64,000 nt of DNA from Candidatus Magasanikiibacteriota bacterium (GTDB taxonomy: Bacteria; Patescibacteriota; Patescibacteriia; Magasanikbacterales; 2-02-FULL-50-9b). Below, piece after piece: positions 37,350-48,335 of this stretch. Below the pieces are notes generated by a model. The model saw only the letters and a program-made list of their open reading frames with translations, made no database searches and had not been told where the DNA came from. The translations under genes were made by a program, and so were the position numbers. The stretch spans positions 7,252-71,251 of the forward strand of contig CALRDW010000002.1 of assembly GCA_943355025.1 (NCBI GenBank), given 5' to 3'. Each line of letters opens with the position of its first letter. Position 1 is the first letter of the stretch.

Positions 37350-37817
37350 ATGCCAACAATCAGTCAACTGATTCGAAAAGGGCGTACGTCGGCGAAGAAG
37401 AAGAGCAAGTCTCCTGCAATGCAGTGGACTTTGGATTCTCTCCACCGTCGTCGTCACGAAATTAAGGGCGGCGCGCCATATAAGCGCGGCGTTTGTACAA
37501 AGGTCACAACCATGACCCCAAAGAAACCTAACTCAGCTATCCGTAAGATCGCTCGTATTCGGTTATCAAACGGCATGGAAGTCACAGCGTATATTCCAGG
37601 TGAAGGTCATAATCTTCAAGAGCACTCAATCGTTATGATTCGTGGTGGTCGTGTTAAGGATTTGCCAGGTGTTCGCTACCACGTTGTTCGTGGTGTATTT
37701 GATGCACAAGGTGTTGCGGGTCGTCGTCGCAGCCGTTCAATCTACGGTGTAAAGCGTCCAAAAGCAGGCGCAGCAGCTCCAGCAGCTAAGGGAGCCCCAA
37801 AAAAAGGTAAGAAATAA
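37350..37817 (+). CDS. rpsL: 30S ribosomal protein S12
   Basis: [12 protein letters not shown]...[16 protein letters not shown]...[22 protein letters not shown]. Carries a ~12-aa N-proximal insertion and a 17-aa Ala/Lys-rich C-terminal extension. Confidence 0.95.
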   Translation: MPTISQLIRKGRTSAKKKSKSPAMQWTLDSLHRRRHEIKGGAPYKRGVCTKVTTMTPKKPNSAIRKIARIRLSNGMEVTAYIPGEGHNLQEHSIVMIRGGRVKDLPGVRYHVVRGVFDAQGVAGRRRSRSIYGVKRPKAGAAAPAAKGAPKKGKK

Positions 37818-37820
37818 TAT

Positions 37821-38288
37821 ATGCGAGGTAAACAAGCTCCAAAGCGCGACATCGCGCCAGACCCAATGTTCAACGACCCATCTCTCGGTAAGTTTATCAA
37901 TTTCTTGATGCTTGATGGCAAAAAAGTAACGGCACAAAAAATTGTGTACGGTGCATTCGCGATTATCAAAAAAGCAGAAGACAAAGAGCCTCTCGAAGTA
38001 TTTGAAGAAGCTCTTCGCAATGTTGGTCCGTCAGTTGAGGTTAAAACAAAACGCGTTGGTGGCAGCAACTACCAGGTGCCAATTCCAGTAAAGCCAGAGC
38101 GCAAAAATTCTCTTGCAATGCGTTGGATTATTAATGCAGCACGCGCAAAGAAGGGTCGTGCAATGACGGAAAAGCTCGCAGAAGAAATTACACTCGCAGC
38201 AAAAGGAGAGGGCGACGCAATGCGCAAGAAAACCGATGTGCACAAAATGGCAGAATCAAATCGCGCCTTTGCTCACTTCGCCTACTAA
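37821..38288 (+). CDS. rpsG: 30S ribosomal protein S7
   Basis: Start MRGKQAPKRDIAPDPMF. S7-family central block KRVGGSNYQVPIPVKPERKNSLAMRWII. Confidence 0.95.
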   Translation: MRGKQAPKRDIAPDPMFNDPSLGKFINFLMLDGKKVTAQKIVYGAFAIIKKAEDKEPLEVFEEALRNVGPSVEVKTKRVGGSNYQVPIPVKPERKNSLAMRWIINAARAKKGRAMTEKLAEEITLAAKGEGDAMRKKTDVHKMAESNRAFAHFAY

Positions 38289-38300
38289 TCGCTCACTCTT

Positions 38301-40379
38301 ATGCCACGAGATTATTCTCTCTTGCACACTCGTAATTTTGGTATTATCGCGCATATTGATGCAGGTAAAACCACCGTGTCAGAACGCATCTTGTTTTACA
38401 CGGGTAAGAAACATAAGATCGGCGAAGTTCACGAAGGAGAAGCAACGATGGATTGGATGGAGCAGGAACGCGAACGTGGTATTACAATTACCGCTGCTGC
38501 GACAACCTGTTTTTGGAAAGACACCCGCATGAACTTGATTGACACGCCAGGACACATTGACTTCACGGTTGAAGTTAAGCGCTCGCTCCGCGTGCTTGAC
38601 GGGGCTGCTGTTATTTTTGACGGCGTTGCCGGTGTTGAACCGCAGTCTGAAACAAATTGGCGCTATGCTGATGAGCTAAACGTTCCGCGGCTTTGTTTCA
38701 TCAACAAGCTCGACCGCACAGGCGCAGATTTTTACAAGGACGTGAAATCGATTCACGATCGTTTGACGAAGGTTGCAATTCCTATGCAGCTTCCAATCGG
38801 ACAGGAAGGCGGTTTTCGCGGTTTTGTTGATTTACTCCGCATGCGTTCAGAGGTGTACTACGATGAAATGGGTCAGGATGTTCGCGAAGAAGATGTGCCG
38901 GCTGACATGCTCGAAATATGTACAGAATATCGTGCGAATCTGATTGAGAAAATTGTTGAGAATGACGAAAGCGCGATGGAGCGTTACTTGGCAGGCGAGG
39001 AAATTCCTCTTGCTGAGCTCAAAGCAATTATTCGTAAGGCAACGATTGCTGGCGCGTTTATTCCAATTTTGTGTGGTAGCGCGCTTAAGAACAAGGGTGT
39101 TCAATTTTTGCTCGACGCGATTGTTGACTATCTTCCTTCGCCGCTCGACGTGCCACCAATTGTTGGGCATGATCCAGACGACGAAACTGTGGAAATTCTT
39201 CGCCATGCTGATGACAGCGAACCGTTTACAGCTCTCGCGTTTAAAGTTGCGGCAGATCCATTCGTGGGTAAGCTGACTTTTTTCCGTGTGTATTCTGGTA
39301 CTCTCAAGGCTGGTTCGTATGCGCTCAACTCATCAACGGGTGAAAAAGAGCGTTTTGGCCGTATCGTGCGCTTGCACGCAAACACACGTGAAGATGTGGA
39401 TGAGGTGTTTGCGGGTGACATTGCTGCTGCAGTAGGTCTCAAATCAACCACAACGGGTAACACTCTGTGTGATATTGATAAACCAGTGCTGCTCGAAAAG
39501 ATTATTTTTCCTGAGCCGGTTATTTCGCTTGCGATTGAACCAAAAACAAAACAAGATCAAGAGAAAATGGGTATCGCACTCCAAAAACTCGCTGAAGAAG
39601 ATCCAACATTCCGTGTGCACACAGATGATGAAACCATGCAGACAATTATTGCGGGTATGGGTGAGCTTCACCTTGACATTATCGTTGATCGCATGAAGCG
39701 CGAATTTAAAGTTGAAGCAAACGTGGGCGCACCGCAAGTTGCGTTCAAGGAAGCGATCCGCGGTACAGCAGAAGCAGAAGGAAAGTATGTAAAACAGTCT
39801 GGTGGCCGTGGTCAGTACGGACATTGCTGGCTTAAGGTTGAGCCAAATGAAGCGGGCAAAGGGTTCGAATTCGTTGACGCAGTTAAGGGCGGCTCAATTC
39901 CAAAGGAATACATCGCACCAATTGAAAAAGGTGTTAAGGAAACGATGGCGCGCGGTGTTTTGGCTGGGTATCCAATGCTCGACATCATTGCAACAGTATT
40001 TGACGGTTCGTATCATGAGGTTGATTCGAATGAAGCAGCGTTTAAGATTGCAGGCTCCATGGCATTCAAAGAAGCGTGTCAAAAAGCAGGCATGATGCTT
40101 CTCGAACCAGTTATGAAAGTTGAGGTTTTGACGCCAGAAGCAAATATGGGCGATGTTATTGGTAACATTTCCTCAAAGCGTGGTGTTGTTCGCGAAATGC
40201 GCGACCGTGTCGGCATCAAAGTTGTGGATTCAGAAATTCCACTCGCCTCAATGTTTGGCTATGCAACAGAACTTCGTTCGATGACGCAGGGCCGTGCATC
40301 ATATTCTATGGAATTTTCTCATTATGCAGAAGTTCCCCAGAATGTTGCGAAGGAAGTTATCGAAGGACGAAAGAAATAA
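38301..40379 (+). CDS. fusA: elongation factor G
   Basis: [15 protein letters not shown]1 motif, DTPGH and NKLD. 692 aa. Confidence 0.95.
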   Translation: MPRDYSLLHTRNFGIIAHIDAGKTTVSERILFYTGKKHKIGEVHEGEATMDWMEQERERGITITAAATTCFWKDTRMNLIDTPGHIDFTVEVKRSLRVLDGAAVIFDGVAGVEPQSETNWRYADELNVPRLCFINKLDRTGADFYKDVKSIHDRLTKVAIPMQLPIGQEGGFRGFVDLLRMRSEVYYDEMGQDVREEDVPADMLEICTEYRANLIEKIVENDESAMERYLAGEEIPLAELKAIIRKATIAGAFIPILCGSALKNKGVQFLLDAIVDYLPSPLDVPPIVGHDPDDETVEILRHADDSEPFTALAFKVAADPFVGKLTFFRVYSGTLKAGSYALNSSTGEKERFGRIVRLHANTREDVDEVFAGDIAAAVGLKSTTTGNTLCDIDKPVLLEKIIFPEPVISLAIEPKTKQDQEKMGIALQKLAEEDPTFRVHTDDETMQTIIAGMGELHLDIIVDRMKREFKVEANVGAPQVAFKEAIRGTAEAEGKYVKQSGGRGQYGHCWLKVEPNEAGKGFEFVDAVKGGSIPKEYIAPIEKGVKETMARGVLAGYPMLDIIATVFDGSYHEVDSNEAAFKIAGSMAFKEACQKAGMMLLEPVMKVEVLTPEANMGDVIGNISSKRGVVREMRDRVGIKVVDSEIPLASMFGYATELRSMTQGRASYSMEFSHYAEVPQNVAKEVIEGRKK

Positions 40380-40431
40380 AAATAAAAAATTAGCATCTAC
40401 ACTCAGAACATAAAAAGTTAATTGGATTAGT

Positions 40432-41388
40432 ATGCCTGTTCTTCAATCAATCAAAAATGGACTGCGTGATAATTTGCCCCAGGAAGTATTTCAAACCGTT
40501 CGCCGCTTGAAGCGAACGGTAACGGGCAACGGGACGCTCGTTGAACGCAAGCACATTACATTGTTGGAAAAAATGGTGCGTGGACTCATACGATTTATTC
40601 TCGTTGAGCGGTTTCCCGATGTTGCTCGTCCACGCGACGCGCGAAGTGAGATCAACAAACACGAATTCAAATTGTATTCGCAAAATGGGGAGGACGGTAT
40701 TTTGCTCCATATTTTTAATGCGATAGGAGTTACTAATCGAACGCTCGTTGAATTTGGAATCGGAGATGGCAGAGAAAATAATGCCGCAAATTTACTTTTG
40801 AATTTTGGATGGGGCGGCTTGCTCATGGACAGCTCGTTCGATAATTGCGCTTCAGCAGATTTGTTTTACAGAACTCTCATCGATAATTCGGATGTAAAAC
40901 ACATTAAAGTTGCTCAAGAGTTAGTAACGAAAGAAACCATTAATGCTTTGTTAGAAAAGTATAACGTAACCGGCGAGATTGATTTATTGTCCATCGATAT
41001 TGATAGCAATGACTATTGGGTGTGGGACGCAATCAGTTCTATAAACCCCCGCGTTGTTGTTGTTGAATATAACGCATCATTTGGCGCAACCCAGTCCGTT
41101 ACCATGCCAAACACTGATGAATTTGATCGATTCGAACATCACGAAAAGGGTTATTATCATGGAGTTTCTGTTGCGGCTCTCGTAAAACTCGGCGAGAAAA
41201 AAGGGTATGTATTCGTGGGCTGTGATAGTTCCGGATGCAATACATTCTTTATTAGAAAAGATATTGCGACTCAATTCACAGGTGTTTCTTCAAGTCAGGC
41301 GTATTATCCGCACGCACGACGGTTGAAAAAAAGCACTGAAGCTGAGCAGATTAAGATTGTTGGTCAGTATCCCGTTGTAACTATTTGA
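40432..41388 (+). CDS. hypothetical protein with a class-I methyltransferase-like glycine motif, inserted between fusA and tuf
   Basis: 318 aa. YSQNGEDGILLHIF followed by LVEFGIGDGRENNAANL, a motif-I-like E/D-x-G-x-G-x-G. No other assignable motif. Confidence 0.4.
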   Translation: MPVLQSIKNGLRDNLPQEVFQTVRRLKRTVTGNGTLVERKHITLLEKMVRGLIRFILVERFPDVARPRDARSEINKHEFKLYSQNGEDGILLHIFNAIGVTNRTLVEFGIGDGRENNAANLLLNFGWGGLLMDSSFDNCASADLFYRTLIDNSDVKHIKVAQELVTKETINALLEKYNVTGEIDLLSIDIDSNDYWVWDAISSINPRVVVVEYNASFGATQSVTMPNTDEFDRFEHHEKGYYHGVSVAALVKLGEKKGYVFVGCDSSGCNTFFIRKDIATQFTGVSSSQAYYPHARRLKKSTEAEQIKIVGQYPVVTI

Positions 41389-41395
41389 TCGGTAA

Positions 41396-42592
41396 TTAAA
41401 GGGTCGCAGCGATTTTTTTTATTCCTGCATGCAGCTCTTTCAGTTTAATTTCGTAGTTCAGTTCATCTTCTTTTAATCGCGCGAAACAGTTTGAGGATAA
41501 TTGTGCACGCAGTTCAGGATCAGCGCCGAGCTGCTTGATTTTTTCAGCCAGTTCTGCCACATCGCCATCCTTAAAATAAAGTGCGCTATTTTTAGCAACC
41601 CACTGGAGCCCGCCACCAGCAGGTAAAATACAGGGTAAGCCGAATGTCATCGCTTCTAAAACGGTAATCGACGTAAGTTCTGTTCGCCAACGCGCCTGGA
41701 TAAAAATATCGGCGGTTTTGAAATATTCAAACACACGTTCTTTTGTTACCCAACCAGGAAATTCAACGTAGGATTCAATACCTAATTCTTTTACGCGCGA
41801 TCTGATGAGCGCCTCTTCGGGGCCGTCGCCGCCGAGAATCAATTTGAATTGATTTTTGTTTTTTAATCTTGAAAACGCTTCGATTAAGATGTCATATCCC
41901 TTGCCCGGCACCATGCGCCCCGAATAAAAAATTTTGAGCGGGGAGTGGGGAGTAGTATTTCGTTCCTTATAGGAATCTTCCGTTACAGCGCCTTCTTTCA
42001 ATACAGTTTTAAAATCGTAAGGGTCGCCGAGGATCATGCTTTTTTGTGCGGTCACAAGACCAAACGTTTCATAACATTTTTGTAGCACAGGATTGGTAAA
42101 TGATAACCAATCGATATGGTTTGCGAGCCACATGCCAATATTTTTTTCAATCAGCCAGCGAATTTTTTTCTTCGCTCGTCGCAGCGCGTTGTCCGCCATG
42201 CGTATAAAAAGATCAGAGTTGCTCAGCGGCCAGCACGTAAGCTCACGATTAAAGAATGCAGAGATGGGGGTTTTGCCGCCAAGCGCGCGATAGAGTCCCG
42301 CGCCATAGAGAAAGAGGTGACCGTCAACGTGGAATACATCGGCCTGACCCTCATTTTTTTTGAGTATTTTGTAGCTTCCCCAGAGGATTGTAAGCAGGCG
42401 CGTTGAAGAAATATGTTCTTCGATAACATCATAGGGTAGGCCACCGAGATTACTATTGTTATCTGAAAACGCAGTGATGACTCGCACCGACTCGCCAAAT
42501 TTTTGGAGCGTTCGAAATTTTAAATCGAATTCTCCGATTGATCCGCCAGAGGAAATAAAATTAAGTTTAGATGTGAGAAAAATTATGCGCAT
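41396..42592 (-). CDS. glycosyltransferase family 4 (antisense to the ribosomal operon)
   Basis: VLEAMTFGLPCILPAGGGLQWV within an E-x7-E region. GT-B N-terminal domain. 398 aa. Confidence 0.8.
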   Translation of the reverse strand: MRIIFLTSKLNFISSGGSIGEFDLKFRTLQKFGESVRVITAFSDNNSNLGGLPYDVIEEHISSTRLLTILWGSYKILKKNEGQADVFHVDGHLFLYGAGLYRALGGKTPISAFFNRELTCWPLSNSDLFIRMADNALRRAKKKIRWLIEKNIGMWLANHIDWLSFTNPVLQKCYETFGLVTAQKSMILGDPYDFKTVLKEGAVTEDSYKERNTTPHSPLKIFYSGRMVPGKGYDILIEAFSRLKNKNQFKLILGGDGPEEALIRSRVKELGIESYVEFPGWVTKERVFEYFKTADIFIQARWRTELTSITVLEAMTFGLPCILPAGGGLQWVAKNSALYFKDGDVAELAEKIKQLGADPELRAQLSSNCFARLKEDELNYEIKLKELHAGIKKIAATL

Positions 42593-42668
42593 ATGAATTT
42601 GGAAAGTTTAACAAGGAAGCGTTGGTCGCGCAAATGAGTTTTAGAGTTGTGGTATACTGCCGCGTACT

Positions 42669-42968
42669 ATGGAGCAATTATTACAACGTGCGCTTGAGCT
42701 TTCACAAAAAACAGGAGAACGGCTGATCGTGTGTGATCAAAAAACAGGAGCTGCTTTTGTCATCCTGTCCTTGGAGGCCTATGAGGCTTTCGTGAATAAG
42801 GCCGATTTTCAGCAAAAAAAACACACAATTTCGACTAAAAAAGAACCAGAAGTGGCGCGCTTGACAAACACCTCGCTTCTCGATAAAATAAACCGCGAAC
42901 TTGGAGAAGCAGTCGAAACACCAACTCCAGAGGCTAGTGAGTTCTTAACAGAGTCCCTAGACATTTAA
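42669..42968 (+). CDS. small hypothetical protein with Phd/YefM-antitoxin-like N-terminal segment
   Basis: 99 aa. GERLIVCDQKTGAAFVILSLEAYEAF resembles the YefM core ([23 protein letters not shown]). Acidic C-terminus. No adjacent toxin-like ORF. Confidence 0.3.
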   Translation: MEQLLQRALELSQKTGERLIVCDQKTGAAFVILSLEAYEAFVNKADFQQKKHTISTKKEPEVARLTNTSLLDKINRELGEAVETPTPEASEFLTESLDI

Positions 42969-42997
42969 AAGGCGATAAATAGGGGAATTATCCCCAC

Positions 42998-43026
42998 TTG
43001 CACCTTTTTAAAAGTTCTGTTATAGT
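42998..43026 (+). promoter_or_regulatory. sigma70-like promoter upstream of tuf
   Basis: TTGCAC (42998..43003), 17 nt, TATAGT (43021..43026). Preceded by the palindrome ggggaattatcccc. Confidence 0.45.
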
Positions 43027-43081
43027 ACTGCTCACTTTCGGACCAACAAATTTTCTCTTAATTAAGCCAACGTAAAGCCCT

Positions 43082-44269
<1,188 letters not shown>

Positions 44270-44347
44270 CAGGGATAGAGTTAGCTAGTCGAAGATCGGC
44301 TTCGACTAGTTGTACTCCACCACTGTGGAGAGTTAGATAAGAATCAC

Positions 44348-44698
44348 ATGACTACAGTCCTTGCAGACGAAAAGCAAAAGAAGGTAGAGGAAACTGGGCA
44401 ACGTATTCGCCTTAAAGTTCGTGCATACGATCACAAGATTATCGACGCGGCAACGCGCACGATCATTGAAGCGGTTGAGCGTTCGGGCGCTAAGGTGCGC
44501 GGTCCTGTGCCACTCCCGACCAATATCAAAAAGTTCACTGTGAACCGGTCGACGTTTGTGCACAAAGATGCTCGAGAGCAGTTTGAAATGCGTATTCATA
44601 CGCGTCTCATCGATATTTTGGAGCCATCCAGTAAAACGGTTGACCTGCTTATGTCGTTATCCTTACCAGCTGGCGTGGACGTAGAGATTAAAATGTAA
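44348..44698 (+). CDS. rpsJ: 30S ribosomal protein S10
   Basis: Q+[39 protein letters not shown] is the S10 signature. Confidence 0.9.
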   Translation: MTTVLADEKQKKVEETGQRIRLKVRAYDHKIIDAATRTIIEAVERSGAKVRGPVPLPTNIKKFTVNRSTFVHKDAREQFEMRIHTRLIDILEPSSKTVDLLMSLSLPAGVDVEIKM

Positions 44699-44820
44699 GA
44701 TTGATTTCTTTTGGGGGGAGAGAAATCAGAAGCTGCGCATGGCGCGTCCAATAGTGGATACGGCCATACACAACTTCTGGTTTTTTGTTACCGTAAATAA
44801 CCAACGGTTACCGAAGCGAT

Positions 44821-45546
44821 ATGAAATTCATAATTGGCAGAAAATTAAACATGACGCAGATCTTCCGCCCCGACGGTTCGGTGGTGCCAGTGACGCGTAT
44901 TCAGGCGGGGCCACTCACGGTCACGCAAATTAAGAATGAGGGTGGTAAACAGGTTGCTGTCCAGGTGGGTTTTGATACCACAGCGAAACATCAAAGCAGA
45001 TCAGTCGCAGGCCATCTTAAGGGCTTGCCAATGTTCCGCGTGCTTCAAGAGTTCCGTACAGAGCAATCTGTAAACCGTGGCGATATGATTACCGTTGAAA
45101 CGTTTTCACCGGGCGACCATGTTGATGCAGTTGGAACTTCAAAGGGTAAGGGTTTCGCAGGTGTAGTTAAACGCCATCATTTTCGCGGTGGTCCTGCTTC
45201 ACACGGTCACAAAGACAATCTTCGCGCCCCAGGTTCAATTGGTGCGGGCGGTGTACAGCGTGTGTTTAAGGGAATGCGCATGGCAGGTCACATGGGTGAT
45301 GAGCGTGTAACCGTAAAAAATTTAGAAATTGTTGCAATTGATCCAGAAAATAACGAAATTCTTGTTAAGGGCGCGGTGCCTGGTGCTCGAAATTCAGTTA
45401 TTACTCTTTCAACTCCGACGGGCGAGCTTGTTATCAAGCAAACAGGATCGGCAGTTGTTATTGAAGAATCACAGCCTGCTGAAACTGTTGACGTCGCTCA
45501 AACGGACGAAGTAGCGGAAGTCGTTGCTGAAGAAGTAACCGCATAA
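44821..45546 (+). CDS. rplC: 50S ribosomal protein L3
   Basis: MKFIIGRKLNMTQIF...KGKGFAGVVKRHHFRGGPASHG. Confidence 0.93.
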   Translation: MKFIIGRKLNMTQIFRPDGSVVPVTRIQAGPLTVTQIKNEGGKQVAVQVGFDTTAKHQSRSVAGHLKGLPMFRVLQEFRTEQSVNRGDMITVETFSPGDHVDAVGTSKGKGFAGVVKRHHFRGGPASHGHKDNLRAPGSIGAGGVQRVFKGMRMAGHMGDERVTVKNLEIVAIDPENNEILVKGAVPGARNSVITLSTPTGELVIKQTGSAVVIEESQPAETVDVAQTDEVAEVVAEEVTA

Positions 45547-45548
45547 AT

Positions 45549-46181
45549 ATGTCAGTCATTCTCAAAACCTACAACGTAAAAGGAGAAAGTGTCGGGGAGT
45601 TGAAATCTGACAGCATTTTGTTTAACGAAGTTGTTCACCCAAGTCTTGTGCATGAAGTGTACACATTGCTCAGCTCGAGCATGCGTCAGGGTGGTGCAAA
45701 CACGAAGACACGCGGTGAAGTTCGTGGTGGTGGTAAGAAGCCATGGAAACAGAAAGGTACTGGTCGCGCACGTCATGGTTCAACACGTTCACCAATTTGG
45801 GTGGGTGGTGGTATTACTTTTGGTCCACAAAAAGAAAAGAACTGGAGACGTAAGATCAACAAGCAGACCATGCGCAAAGCACTTCGTATGATTCTTAGCC
45901 AGCGCGCTGCGAGTAGCACTGTGTTTGTGATTAATGATTGGAACACCGCAGGAAAGACGAAGGGTTTTTCAGCCCTTCTTTTAGCGCTCGGCATCAAAGG
46001 ACGCTCTGTGCTTGTCGTAACGCCAGCAAAAGAAGACATGACATTCCGCGCAGCTCGAAACGTTGGACGCGTAGATGTTGTGCCAGCAAATGCGGTTAAT
46101 GTAGTAGAACTCCTCGAGCACCAGTATGTGGTGATCCATCCGGATACGGTTGGTGCGCTCGAGAAACTGTTTGTGAAGTAA
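45549..46181 (+). CDS. rplD: 50S ribosomal protein L4
   Basis: RGEVRGGGKKPWKQKGTGRARHGSTRSPIWVGGG. Confidence 0.93.
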   Translation: MSVILKTYNVKGESVGELKSDSILFNEVVHPSLVHEVYTLLSSSMRQGGANTKTRGEVRGGGKKPWKQKGTGRARHGSTRSPIWVGGGITFGPQKEKNWRRKINKQTMRKALRMILSQRAASSTVFVINDWNTAGKTKGFSALLLALGIKGRSVLVVTPAKEDMTFRAARNVGRVDVVPANAVNVVELLEHQYVVIHPDTVGALEKLFVK

Positions 46182-46182
46182 T

Positions 46183-46731
46183 ATGAGTATTTTGAGCAAA
46201 GTTAAAAAATTAGTTTCCGCTGATGGTGCCGCAGAAGAGAAGCCACAGAAAAAGGCTGCTTTGGAAGCAAAACCTAAGCGTGTAGCTGCAAAGAAGGCTC
46301 CTACAAAAACAGTCGCAAAAATTGCGGCAGCTTCGGAGCACACACATAATGAAAATGATGGGCATGATCACGCGGGCCACAACCATGCGCCACAAACACC
46401 GGCAGCTCGCCAATCGCAGCCGCAGGCAGTGAGCGCAGCAGTTGGCATTGGTGCGGCGCACTATATTCTTCGTCCACTCATTACTGAGAAAGGAACAACC
46501 ACAGCGCAGCACGGCACATACATGTTTGCGGTAAAGCCGGAAGCAGGTAAGGCTGCGATTAAGCAGGCGATTGAAAAACTCTACGGCGTAACAGTTGTGA
46601 AAGTTCGTACTTCACGCTACGACGGTAAAGTTGTTCGCACCGGTAAAATTTCGGGTCGCCGTTCAAATTTCAAGAAAGCTTTTGTGACTGTGGCAGATGG
46701 CCAACAGATCTCAATTCATAACGGGGTATAA
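46183..46731 (+). CDS. rplW: 50S ribosomal protein L23 with ~90-aa N-terminal Lys/Ala- and His-rich extension
   Basis: C-terminal 90 aa (HYILRPLITEKGT...VKVRTSRYDGKVVRTGKISGRRSNFKKAFVTVADGQQI) is L23. The N-terminal part contains HTHNENDGHDHAGHNHAP. The frame is continuous from 46183. An internal GTG (~46427) is a possible alternative start. Confidence 0.8.
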   Translation: MSILSKVKKLVSADGAAEEKPQKKAALEAKPKRVAAKKAPTKTVAKIAAASEHTHNENDGHDHAGHNHAPQTPAARQSQPQAVSAAVGIGAAHYILRPLITEKGTTTAQHGTYMFAVKPEAGKAAIKQAIEKLYGVTVVKVRTSRYDGKVVRTGKISGRRSNFKKAFVTVADGQQISIHNGV

Positions 46732-46736
46732 CGCAT

Positions 46737-47585
46737 ATGGCAATCCGACGCTACAACCCAACAACAAATGCACGACGCAACAGCAGTGTCGATGCGTTTT
46801 CTGATATTACAAAAACAGAGCCGGAAAAATCACTTGTTCGTTTCCGCAAATCTTCGGGTGGTCGTAATAACCAAGGTAAAATTACAGTTCGTCATCGTGG
46901 AGGCGGCGCTCGCCGATACATGCGTGATGTCGATTTTCTCTCGCAGAAGTTTGACATGCCTGCAACACTTGCTGCAATTGAATACGATCCAAATCGCGGC
47001 GCGCGTCTCGGTCTGCTCGAATATGCTGGCGGCGAAAAGGCATACATGGTTTTGCCAGCAGGACTCTCTGTTGGAGATGTGATTGTTTCATCTCAGAATT
47101 TGATTGAAGCAAAACCAGGAAACCGCATGCCACTCAAGTTTATTCCAATCGGTATCATGGTGAGCAACGTTGAGCTTCGCCCAGGCCAAGGTGGTAAATT
47201 GGTGCGTGGCGCTGGCGTTGGTGCACAGCTCATGGCAGTTGAAAATAACATGGCAACACTTCGTATGCCCTCAACTGAGGTTCGAATGATCTCAGCAGAC
47301 GCGTGTGCGACAGTTGGTGCAGTTGGTAATTCAGACCACAACCTCATTCGCTGGGGTAAGGCAGGACGCATGCGTCACAAGGGTTTCCGTCCAACTGTGC
47401 GTGGTAAGGCTATGAATCCAGTTGATCACCCACACGGTGGTGGTGAAGGACGAAATCCAATTGGTATGAAGGCGCCGAAGACACCATGGGGAAAGAAGGC
47501 GCTCGGTGTTAAAACCCGTGACGCGAAGAAGCACAGCAGTAAGTTTATTATTGCTCGTCGCAAGAACAAGAACAAGAAAAAGTAA
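46737..47585 (+). CDS. rplB: 50S ribosomal protein L2
   Basis: GRNNQGKITVRHRGGG... NPVDHPHGGGEGR. Confidence 0.95.
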   Translation: MAIRRYNPTTNARRNSSVDAFSDITKTEPEKSLVRFRKSSGGRNNQGKITVRHRGGGARRYMRDVDFLSQKFDMPATLAAIEYDPNRGARLGLLEYAGGEKAYMVLPAGLSVGDVIVSSQNLIEAKPGNRMPLKFIPIGIMVSNVELRPGQGGKLVRGAGVGAQLMAVENNMATLRMPSTEVRMISADACATVGAVGNSDHNLIRWGKAGRMRHKGFRPTVRGKAMNPVDHPHGGGEGRNPIGMKAPKTPWGKKALGVKTRDAKKHSSKFIIARRKNKNKKK

Positions 47586-47591
47586 ACCACT

Positions 47592-47903
47592 ATGTCACGA
47601 AGTAGCAAAAAAGGACCATACGTTGATGAGAAGCTCATGGAGAAAGTCGGAAAGCTCCGCGCTGGAGATAAGACTGTTATCAAAACATGGGCTCGCGCAA
47701 GTACGATCACACCAGCAATGGTGGGATTCACCTTTGCTGTTCATAACGGTAAAGATTTCCTTCAGGTATACGTGGTTGAAAACATGGTTGGCCACAAACT
47801 TGGCGAATTTTCACTCACCCGCAAGTTCATCCGCCATGGCGGCAAGCTTGCAAAGGATGATGGCAAAGGCGCAAAGCCAGCAGCTGCTCCAGCTAAGAAG
47901 TAA
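47592..47903 (+). CDS. rpsS: 30S ribosomal protein S19
   Basis: [14 protein letters not shown]...[12 protein letters not shown]. Lys/Ala-rich C-terminal tail. Confidence 0.93.
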   Translation: MSRSSKKGPYVDEKLMEKVGKLRAGDKTVIKTWARASTITPAMVGFTFAVHNGKDFLQVYVVENMVGHKLGEFSLTRKFIRHGGKLAKDDGKGAKPAAAPAKK

Positions 47904-47906
47904 TCT

Positions 47907-48329
47907 ATGAAAACACAGGCAAGCGCAAATACAATCCGAATGTCATGTCGCAAAGTGCGGCTCATTGCTGATATGGTTCGCGGTATGAACGCGCTCGAGG
48001 CGATTTCGCGCCTCCAGTTTGTTCGTCGCGATGCTTCAGCGCCGGTTGCACAGCTGATTAAATCAGCTATTGCAAATGCAGGGCACAACCACAAAGTAGA
48101 GCCGGAAGTATTGTGGATTTCAGAGATTAGCGTTGACAATGCAGGTTTTCTTAAGCGATTCCGTCCACGTGCAATGGGCCGTGCTGCGGAAATTCACAAG
48201 CATCTTGCACATATTCAACTGACTGTGTCAGATGAACCACGTACAGGACGCGCTGCGAAATTGCTTGCAAAGAAGGCTGATAAAACAGCGCGGGCTGCTG
48301 CTAAAAAAGTTGTAAAAGCTGTTAAGTAA
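47907..48329 (+). CDS. rplV: 50S ribosomal protein L22
   Basis: A..IRMS.RKVRLIADMVRGMNALEAI..L.F, with an extended C-terminus. Confidence 0.9.
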   Translation: MKTQASANTIRMSCRKVRLIADMVRGMNALEAISRLQFVRRDASAPVAQLIKSAIANAGHNHKVEPEVLWISEISVDNAGFLKRFRPRAMGRAAEIHKHLAHIQLTVSDEPRTGRAAKLLAKKADKTARAAAKKVVKAVK

Positions 48330-48335
48330 AATCCT

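Noticed and set aside
37086-37457. 123-aa minus-strand ORF overlapping the rpsL leader and start
   Set aside because: Overlaps the rpsL 5' region and the candidate promoter, has no start context and an Arg-rich low-complexity composition. Most likely non-coding.
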